A stretch of DNA of 64,000 nucleotides from Sphingomonas sp. (GTDB lineage Bacteria > Pseudomonadota > Alphaproteobacteria > Sphingomonadales > Sphingomonadaceae): assembly GCF_041661825.1 (NCBI RefSeq), contig NZ_JBAZTU010000008.1, positions 58,584-122,583 on the forward strand, read 5' to 3'. Shown here one piece after another: positions 44,534-51,393 of this stretch. Below the pieces are notes generated by a model. That model searched no databases. It saw only the letters and a list, made by a program, of their open reading frames with translations, and was not told the DNA's origin. The number at the start of each line of letters is the position of its first letter. Position 1 is the stretch's first letter. The position numbers and the translations under genes are program-made.

Positions 44534-46159
44534 ATGATGGACAGGATCGATCGCCGCGGCTTCATCGCCGGCGCGGCCGGGCTGGCGGGAGCCTCGCTTG
44601 CCGCGACCGCGCAGGCGAAGCAGGTCGAGGCCAACTGGTCCTCGATCATCCGGGAGTACGAGACGCCGCAATGGTTCGCCGATGCCAAGTTCGGCATCTG
44701 GGCACATTGGAGCGCGCAGTGCGTGCCCGAATATGGCGACTGGTACGGCCGGCTGATGTACGTGCAGGGCAACCCGTTCTACGAGCATCACCTGAAGAAT
44801 TACGGCCACCCGGCCGACACCGGCTTCATCGAGATCGAGAACCGCTGGAAGGCGGCGCATTGGGACCCCGAGGCGCTGGTCGCGCTCTACAAGAAAGCCG
44901 GCGCGAAATATTTCATGGCGCTGGCGAACCACCACGACAATCTCGACAATTTCGACAGCAGCCACCATGCCTGGAACACGCTGCGGGTCGGGCCGAAGCG
45001 CGACATTATCGGGACGTGGGAGAAGATCGTCCGCCGCGAGGGGCTGCGCTTCGGGGTGAGCAACCATAGTTCGCATGCCTGGCACTGGTGGCAGACGGCC
45101 TATGGGTACGACGCGGTCGGCCCGCGCGCCGGGCAGCGTTACGACGCGTTCAAACTGCGCAAGGCCCAGGGCAAGGGCCAATGGTGGGACGGGCTCGACC
45201 CGCAGGAGCTTTATGTGGGCCCGAGCTTCGTGCCGCCCGACGGCATCCGATCGATCGCGGCGATGGATGCCTGGCACGAGGTGCATGACGGGCGCTGGAT
45301 GGAAGGATCGCCGCCCGCACCGCCGGCCTTTGCCGACAGTTGGCTGCTCCGGCAGAAGGAGCTGGTCGAGAAATACCGGCCCGACATGGTCTATTTCGAC
45401 GATACCGGCCTGCCCTTCGGATCGACCGGGGTCGAGGCGCTGGCGCATTATTACGCTCAGTCGCAGCGGCTGCACGGCAACATCGACGTGGTCGCGACGG
45501 GCAAATTGCTCACCCCCTATCAGCGTCGCGCGATGGTGGAGGATGTGGAGCGCGGCTTCAGCGACCGGCTGCGCCCCGAGCCGTGGCAGACCTGCACCTG
45601 CATCGGCGACTGGCATTATAATCGTGCCCGCTTCGACAACAAGTCCTACGTGCCCGCCGAGCAGGTGATCCAGCGGTTGTGCGACGTGGTGTCGAAGAAC
45701 GGCAACCTCCTGCTCTCCATCCCCATGCGCGGCGATGGGACGATCGACAGCGAGGAAGAAAAGGTCGTCGCCGGCATCACTCGCTGGATGGCGCGCAATG
45801 GCGAAGCGGCGATCTACGGATCGCGGCCCTGGCGCATCTATGGCGAGGGGCCGACCCAGCTCAGCGCGGGCCATATGAACGAGGGCAAGGCCGGCGCGTT
45901 CACCGCGCAGGATGTGCGCTTCACGGTGAAGAACGGCACGCTGTTCGCCGCACTGCTGCGCTGGCCCGAGGGCCCGGTGATGCTCTCCTCGCTCGCGTCG
46001 CGCGCGATGCCGGGCGCGAGGATCGAACGGGCGACCCTGGTCGGCGGCGGGCCGGTTGCGTTCGAGCGGGATGGCTCGGGGCTGAAGCTGACCCTGCCGC
46101 GCGCGGGGGCGGGGGAGGTCGTGCCGGTCGTGGCGCTGGAAGGTGCGGGGCTGGTTTGA
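44534..46159 (+). CDS. Exported GH29 alpha-L-fucosidase
   Basis: AGGAGGAG SD. Tat-like N-terminus MMDRIDRRGFIAGAAGLAGASLA. Contains WFADAKFGIWAHWS...YKKAGAKYFMALANHHDNLDNFDS. Confidence 0.88.
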   Translation: MMDRIDRRGFIAGAAGLAGASLAATAQAKQVEANWSSIIREYETPQWFADAKFGIWAHWSAQCVPEYGDWYGRLMYVQGNPFYEHHLKNYGHPADTGFIEIENRWKAAHWDPEALVALYKKAGAKYFMALANHHDNLDNFDSSHHAWNTLRVGPKRDIIGTWEKIVRREGLRFGVSNHSSHAWHWWQTAYGYDAVGPRAGQRYDAFKLRKAQGKGQWWDGLDPQELYVGPSFVPPDGIRSIAAMDAWHEVHDGRWMEGSPPAPPAFADSWLLRQKELVEKYRPDMVYFDDTGLPFGSTGVEALAHYYAQSQRLHGNIDVVATGKLLTPYQRRAMVEDVERGFSDRLRPEPWQTCTCIGDWHYNRARFDNKSYVPAEQVIQRLCDVVSKNGNLLLSIPMRGDGTIDSEEEKVVAGITRWMARNGEAAIYGSRPWRIYGEGPTQLSAGHMNEGKAGAFTAQDVRFTVKNGTLFAALLRWPEGPVMLSSLASRAMPGARIERATLVGGGPVAFERDGSGLKLTLPRAGAGEVVPVVALEGAGLV

Positions 46160-46517
46160 CGCGCGGCCGGAGCGTTTCTCCAACAGGATGCGCCTTTTTC
46201 GCCGTTTTCAGCGGTACCTTTTTTTTGGGCCCGTTTTTCCGCTGTTATGTTGGATTTTCGACGCGGATCCGTGGTGCGATATCAGTGGGTTGAGTGCCAC
46301 TTTCCCTGTTAACCCCATAACAGCGGTAAAAACGGCTGAAATGCAGCGGAAATACCGCTGTTCGCGCGCGCTTTGCGATGGTTTCGACGATGAGAAAGAT
46401 CCAACAGGAATCGCGTGGTGCGATTCGTGTTGGCGGGCGCGACGGTATCGGGATGTGCCGAGAGTTGAATCGACAGTTGCCGGTAATAGGAGCGTCGCGC
46501 TTCGGGCAACGCGCGCC
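46160..46517. repeat. Repeat-dense non-coding segment at the left edge of the inserted region
   Basis: The CAGCGG/CCGCTG hexamer occurs five times (46209, 46239, 46321, 46344, 46355). The 11-bp inverted repeat CCGCTGTTATG (46239-46249) / CATAACAGCGG (46316-46326) has T- and A-rich flanks. CGTGGTGCGAT lies at 46270 and 46414, and CCAACAGGA at 46180 and 46401. Confidence 0.5.
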
Positions 46518-47414
46518 TCAACAGCTGAAGCTATAGGCCTTCGGGTCGCTTTTCTCACAACGCTTCAACGGTTTTCCGCGACCCAATGGACCGACGAGGA
46601 TCTCGCTCAGCGCATTGGCCGCGATGTAGAAGCTGTCGCTTGTCGTGCCGACGCGCTCCCGGCCGCGGAAGATGGGGACGGCACCACCGCGCGACGCAAC
46701 CGACAGTTTGACGAGGCTCGTCGTGGATTGGCCGAAGATCGGATCGTGATCCATCCCGCCGGCAAAATCCGGCGTGTCGAGTGTGCGTTCGAAGGCGCCA
46801 AGCTTCGCGGTATCGCGCTTGTTGGTAAACAGGGCGCCGAGCATCCCGATGCCCATGAGCGCGCCGATGATGTCTCCCGGGTGCTTCCCGTATGCAGTCG
46901 ACGACAGGAAGGGTGAGATCGCGACTTCGAGCGGCGCTTCGTCGAACAGGGGGTTCTGATCGACGCATATGAGCCGGGGCGCGGCATCGGGAAGGCGGAC
47001 GACGGCCGGATAATCGATCGGTTCGGCCCCTTCGCTCCGTACCCTCATTCGCACGGGCACGCCCGGAAATGGCGCGCCTGCGCCGACGACGAACCGGCGG
47101 GTTGGAACGGCCTTGCCGATGCAGCTTCCTTCGCCGATGCCGTCGACCACCACGGCCTCGGTTGCAGGGCAGGCATTCGGGGCCTTCCGGCCGCAATCGG
47201 CCAGGCTCACCAGGCCGGTCTTCTCCCTGGCAAAGGCCTCGATACGGAGCCGGCCGCGTTTCGCTCTCGACGTGACGGGCAGCAGAGGTTGCGCCGGCGA
47301 TGCGGTGCTCGTTTCCGCGGGCGGCGGCTTGACCGTCTCCGCCTCCTGACCCTGCGCCGGGAAGGCCAAGGTCAGGCCGATCAGGAGGCCGGATGACAGA
47401 CGCGGGCGCCTCAT
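46518..47414 (-). CDS. Exported hypothetical protein (298 aa)
   Basis: Signal peptide is MRRPRLSSGLLIGLTLAFPAQGQE. Composition is balanced and coding-like. ATGA-coupled to the upstream membrane-protein gene. Confidence 0.5.
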   Translation of the reverse strand: MRRPRLSSGLLIGLTLAFPAQGQEAETVKPPPAETSTASPAQPLLPVTSRAKRGRLRIEAFAREKTGLVSLADCGRKAPNACPATEAVVVDGIGEGSCIGKAVPTRRFVVGAGAPFPGVPVRMRVRSEGAEPIDYPAVVRLPDAAPRLICVDQNPLFDEAPLEVAISPFLSSTAYGKHPGDIIGALMGIGMLGALFTNKRDTAKLGAFERTLDTPDFAGGMDHDPIFGQSTTSLVKLSVASRGGAVPIFRGRERVGTTSDSFYIAANALSEILVGPLGRGKPLKRCEKSDPKAYSFSC

Positions 47415-47944
47415 TTCTCCCGCCCTCCCGCGAAGCGGCCGTCACGCCACAGATAATGGAGCGCCGCGGCGAGGCACAGTATCGAAACCTGCCCGAGCAT
47501 CGCATAGCCCTGCCAGTAGAGACGGTTGCCGACCCGGTCGAAATCGAACTGGATGACGCGCAACTGCATCGCCAGATCGAACATGAAGCGCAGCCCCGAG
47601 AAAATCGACACGAAGGCGAGCGCCATCGAGACACACAGCACGATCGCGGCGCTATGGCCGAGCGACGGCTTCAGCGGCTGGCGGTAGAACCAAGCGGAGG
47701 CAAGGCCGAGCCCGACCGACATGGAGATCATGAGCTGGGCGAGGCTCCCCAACTGAGTCGCCGCCTCCGGCGACGGATGAATCTCCCGCAGGATATCGGG
47801 GAAGACGAGATTGGAAAAAGGCCCGGCGGACAGGGCGATGGCGATCACGGGCGGTAGCGTGACCGACAAGAAGCAAATCAGGACTGCGGCCCACCGACTG
47901 ACGCCATTGATCATGCCTGTACCCCCCGAGGGCGTCTTTAGCAT
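47411..47944 (-). CDS. Hypothetical integral membrane protein (about four TM segments)
   Basis: Hydrophobic segments include WAAVLICFLSVTLPPVIAIALSAG, LMISMSVGLGLASAWF, AAIVLCVSMALAFVSIFSGL and GQVSILCLAAALHYL. Confidence 0.5.
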   Translation of the reverse strand: MLKTPSGGTGMINGVSRWAAVLICFLSVTLPPVIAIALSAGPFSNLVFPDILREIHPSPEAATQLGSLAQLMISMSVGLGLASAWFYRQPLKPSLGHSAAIVLCVSMALAFVSIFSGLRFMFDLAMQLRVIQFDFDRVGNRLYWQGYAMLGQVSILCLAAALHYLWRDGRFAGGREK

Positions 47945-48052
47945 CCGGTGCGCCGTGCGGGAATGGAATCTGTCGGATCATCGCTGGGGTCAGTGGGCAG
48001 GGTGGCTGATCGGCGATCCTCTGGGGATCCTGTCATGACAGTCGCTGGCGAT

Positions 48053-48084
48053 GAGAAAAGGGGTTGTTGCACGTCTCACCGCAA
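48053..48084. repeat. 32-bp direct repeat, copy 1: GAGAAAAGGGGTTGTTGCACGTCTCACCGCAA
   Basis: 30 of 32 positions are identical to copy 2, which starts 278 bp downstream. Confidence 0.7.
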
Positions 48085-48330
48085 TACGGACAGGCGGATG
48101 GTGATCTGGATCGCGTGGTGAGCTGCAGTTGCGCATCGCCGAAACCGCCGGGCGCTTCGAGCACCCAGACGCTCACGCCCTGCGCCATCGCCAGCCTGGC
48201 TCGCCCTATCGCCATGTGCGCGTTCTCGGCGCGGGTGGGCGGGAAGGGAAGGCGAAACGCGCCGGTTTTCGGCGGCGCGCAATATGGGGGATAGGTGCAA
48301 TAACCCCACAATACGCGCTTCTGACCGCGC

Positions 48331-48362
48331 GAGAAAAGGGGTTGTTGCACGTGTCACCGTAA
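48331..48362. repeat. 32-bp direct repeat, copy 2: GAGAAAAGGGGTTGTTGCACGTGTCACCGTAA
   Basis: See copy 1. The two copies fall in different frames of every overlapping ORF, so the repeat is not a coding repeat. Confidence 0.7.
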
Positions 48363-48558
48363 CGAGCTGGATTGATGGCATCCCGTAGCCCGTGGCAGTG
48401 CAATTATTTCGAGAGAATCGGGCCGTCATTTGCCTAATAAAATGCACTGTCAGCGATATTTCCGTAATTCTGTCACGGTAATTCGGAAACGCAGCATGTC
48501 GTAGGGGGTTGCGCTTGATACGTTACCTCGGTCAGAGTGCGAACACAGGAGAAGATCT

Positions 48559-48852
48559 ATGAGCGCGCTTCATTCTTGGGACGGTCAATATCGTGGCTTC
48601 ATTCACAATGACCGAATCTTCGATGCAGCAGGTAGCTACGTCGGATGGCTGGAGGGCGGGACTGCGTGGAGATCCGACGGTAGGTATATGGGTGAATTGA
48701 CAGATGGAGCCTATATTCTTCGTAACTCAATGAAGATTGAACCTATCCCTCGCATCCCGAAAATACCGCCTATTCCACCGATCCCTAAGATACCTGCCAT
48801 TCCCAAAATCGCAAAAATCCCAAAGATCGGACACTCGGACGCGCTTGCTTAA
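48559..48852 (+). CDS. Small low-GC protein with a Gly/aromatic beta-rich N-domain and an (I/A)PK/IPP tripeptide-repeat tail
   Basis: GGAGAAG SD. N-domain is WDGQYRGFIHNDRIFDAAGSYVGWLEGGTAWRSDGRYMGELTDGAYIL. The tail is IEPIPRIPKIPPIPPIPKIPAIPKIAKIPKIG, encoded with varied synonymous codons. Confidence 0.6.
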   Translation: MSALHSWDGQYRGFIHNDRIFDAAGSYVGWLEGGTAWRSDGRYMGELTDGAYILRNSMKIEPIPRIPKIPPIPPIPKIPAIPKIAKIPKIGHSDALA

Positions 48853-49188
48853 TCGCATGTCATAACCGTGAGCGCGAAGGCACTGCTTTACAATTGCGAG
48901 GCAGTATAAGCTGCGCGAGTTTCGTTATCTGCGGTTCCTAAAGCCCCGGTTCTCACGCGGATGTCGGCATCCGGTGCGGCCGTTTCCGAAGCCGGATTAC
49001 GGTCGTTCGTCGGCTTGATTCAACTCTTCGCCGACGGGCCGCATACCCCAGCTGCGGCCCGTTCAGTGGACGAGCCTTCGGCCAGGGGATGCGAGGACGG
49101 CGCAACCCCGTCGGGCCGCTCCAGGACGCGCTCCACATTGTCCGCTGGTAATGTGCGAAGCGGCACGATAGCGAGTGGAGACAAAGGT

Positions 49189-49941
49189 ATGGGAGGCGTT
49201 GGATTAGGCATGGAAGGTCGGCGCGAATATACCGCACCACCGATCACGGACGCGATCATCGAGATACGCTTCGCCGAAGAGCTATCCGCTGGCAATCAAC
49301 GTAAGCTGCGGAAGCGTCTCGCTCGAAATTATGAGACGGCCCTTGATCAGAAAGAGGTCAATGTGCACGTTAATTTTCAAGCCGCCCAAGCGGATTTCTC
49401 TGACTCGAAGAGCCTCGTACAGCTTGCCAGTCTCGACCAAGCGGACCGCCTAGTACTAAGAACGCAAGGCTTGGCTTGGCAGAGGCTCGCACCCTATGAA
49501 GGCTGGGACACGTTTTTTGCGCGCGTGCAGGCGGACTTCGAAGCTCATCATGAGACGGTGGGACTCCGAAAGATTGAGCGCTTGGGGGTGCGCTACGTCA
49601 ATCGGCTCGATATTCCTAGCAGCGATGGCGAGGTCACCAGATATGAGGATTACTTGACGATCAACGTCGAGGTCCCGTGGCCAACAATCGAGAACTACCA
49701 GTGGCGCGTAGAAAAACTGTTTCCGGAATCGGATCTTCTAGCTGTCTTGCAATCTTACATCGTCGCGCCGGAAGTTCCCGGCACGGGCGCGTTTATTCTC
49801 GACATCGACGTCATAAAGCAGCAGAACTTGCCTGTGAAAATGGACGATCTGTGGGCCGACCTCCACGCGATGCGCGAATTGAAAAATAACATTTTCGAGC
49901 TATGTATCACCGATCGAGCTCGCGGGATGTTTCATAAATGA
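49189..49941 (+). CDS. Hypothetical protein resembling the TIGR04255 uncharacterised family (by memory of its N-terminal signature)
   Basis: Contains YTAPPITDAIIEIRF, then LGVRYVNRLDIP and FILDIDV. The start is ATG 49189 or 49210. The upstream part of ORF 48961.. was rejected. Confidence 0.55.
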   Translation: MGGVGLGMEGRREYTAPPITDAIIEIRFAEELSAGNQRKLRKRLARNYETALDQKEVNVHVNFQAAQADFSDSKSLVQLASLDQADRLVLRTQGLAWQRLAPYEGWDTFFARVQADFEAHHETVGLRKIERLGVRYVNRLDIPSSDGEVTRYEDYLTINVEVPWPTIENYQWRVEKLFPESDLLAVLQSYIVAPEVPGTGAFILDIDVIKQQNLPVKMDDLWADLHAMRELKNNIFELCITDRARGMFHK

Positions 49942-50558
49942 TCGGCACTGAGTCCACGTTCGTGATCGATTCTGATCGCCGCAAACCGTCGAGCGCCCTT
50001 CTTAGGGGCTCTTCCGCGCTCGATCTGGTCGATACGGCCTCGACGCAAAGCCGGTTTTTCAGCAATCGCGCCACTGAGCAGGCGGGTATCGCGTCTGCCG
50101 CGGTAGGCCCAAAGAAAACGCTTGAAGAGCGTTTATTTGACGCGCTCGCCGAGGCGAAGGTCTGGACATCGAGGGTGGCGATGCACCTCGATCGGACGTC
50201 GCGTAATCGCTATTTCACGCAGCTGGACCGGCTACATGATGCTGACGAGTGGTTTGGTGACGACACTCCCTTGAGGTTGGGGTCGTACAAAGGCTTCATT
50301 CGCTTCATGCTGATGATCGGGGGCTGCTCGAGGCCATCGATGGCGCTCAGCCCATCTGGCTATTTGCTTGCTGTGTGGGAGGTTGACGGCGCCCGGCTCA
50401 GCGTCGAATTTCGCGATGAGACCGAGGTGATGTGGATGATGAGTCACGTCGTAAACGGTAAACCAGAGAGAACGGGCGGTACGACGGTTTCCGAGCGCCT
50501 CCTGCTGAATTTGCGACCGTACGCACCGGAAAAATGGTTTAACATTGGCAACGGTTAA
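49938..50558 (+). CDS. Hypothetical protein (206 aa)
   Basis: ATGA overlap with the upstream gene. Coding-like composition and no recognised motif. Confidence 0.5.
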   Translation: MIGTESTFVIDSDRRKPSSALLRGSSALDLVDTASTQSRFFSNRATEQAGIASAAVGPKKTLEERLFDALAEAKVWTSRVAMHLDRTSRNRYFTQLDRLHDADEWFGDDTPLRLGSYKGFIRFMLMIGGCSRPSMALSPSGYLLAVWEVDGARLSVEFRDETEVMWMMSHVVNGKPERTGGTTVSERLLLNLRPYAPEKWFNIGNG

Positions 50559-51048
50559 GGTTGCGGATGCCGACCATCTCATGCGCTACGTGCCATATGG
50601 TCGTCAGATTAGAGATCCTGACACCGATCAGTTTCAAGGCATTTCGCTAACAGCTTTCGAATTGCGGGACGACGATAAGGGCGGGATGTCCGTGACATGG
50701 GTCGAGCACTACGGACCCAAGCAAGGCACCACATATGACGCAGCGGCTGCGTGTTTCCGTGATAGCCTCGATAAGAAGAAGCTGGCTCCCAAGGCGGCAT
50801 TCGCAATCGGGAATGCCGGGGCGACGCGCGCGGTCGCGAAAGAGCACAAAAAGCAAATCCGCTTGGTTCATGCGCCGGACGGTACGAACACCGGGCACGT
50901 AGAAATTAGAAAATTCTCCGATGAAGATTATGCTTTGTTGGAGGCCTTGGCCCGCGACGTGTTCACCGAGCATGTGCTCGTCGCGAAGATGGCGCCACCA
51001 GCGATTTCGACACCGCCTATACCAGTGAAGGTCAAAAAGGGCGGCTGA
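50545..51048 (+). CDS. Hypothetical protein (167 aa)
   Basis: 14-nt overlap with the upstream gene. No recognised motif. The C-terminus is Pro/Lys-rich (PPAISTPPIPVKVKKGG). Confidence 0.5.
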   Translation: MATVKVADADHLMRYVPYGRQIRDPDTDQFQGISLTAFELRDDDKGGMSVTWVEHYGPKQGTTYDAAAACFRDSLDKKKLAPKAAFAIGNAGATRAVAKEHKKQIRLVHAPDGTNTGHVEIRKFSDEDYALLEALARDVFTEHVLVAKMAPPAISTPPIPVKVKKGG

Positions 51049-51393
51049 AGTAACCCCCTGCGGCCATAGCTCCGCGCCTTAACCGCTCGGACACGATGGC
51101 ATCCAATAGCTCCTCTAATGGCGATCCCAACGCACTGCGGCGCCGGTGTCAATAATTGCGCACGACAGGCCTCGGCTATCGGCGAACCGGCAACGGGCGA
51201 CGACCCGGGCATAGCTGCGATCGACAGCCTGACAGGTCAGCGCCCGTCGCGTCACCATGCGGCGACGATCGCGCGCGATCGATCGGCAAGGCGATCCGCT
51301 GCAGACATAGCCTACGCGCCGTCTCCGGCAGGCCCCGGTACTCGCGAGCTTCCCCAACTGGACCCCGGCCTTCGCCGGGAAGGGGTTATAAAA

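Noticed and set aside
46411-46430. Box-like core GCGATTCGT at 46420, and similar CGAWTCG cores inside genes (for example near 19385, 38590 and 59225)
   Set aside because: Only the central 7-9 nt match. The CTAA...TAG/GAG arms that define the five full boxes are absent, and most of these cores are intragenic.
46143-46916. 257-aa plus-strand ORF spanning the repeat-dense leader
   Set aside because: Its 5' half lies in repeat-rich, T-tract-containing non-coding-like DNA. Its 3' half is antisense to the better-supported exported-protein gene 46518..47414.
48033-48447. Small ORFs between and across the 32-bp direct repeats (48033..48350, 48076..48447, 48064..48294, 48129..48362)
   Set aside because: They overlap one another in several frames, have no SD or motif support, and read the two repeat copies in different frames.
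48736-48834. Short-period DNA repeats as a CRISPR array or microsatellite (the IPK-tail region, and the CAGCGG cluster at 46.2-46.4 kb)
   Set aside because: Repeat units are 6-17 nt, irregularly spaced and, in the first case, clearly coding. No 25-40 nt repeat-spacer architecture is present, and no cas genes are in the window.
51050-51393. Possible gene or terminator in the 344-bp gap after the three-gene operon
   Set aside because: The only ORF (51115..51357, minus strand) is Arg/Cys-rich with no SD. The hairpin CCCGGC-cttc-GCCGGG near 51363-51378 lacks a U-tract, so I do not call a terminator.
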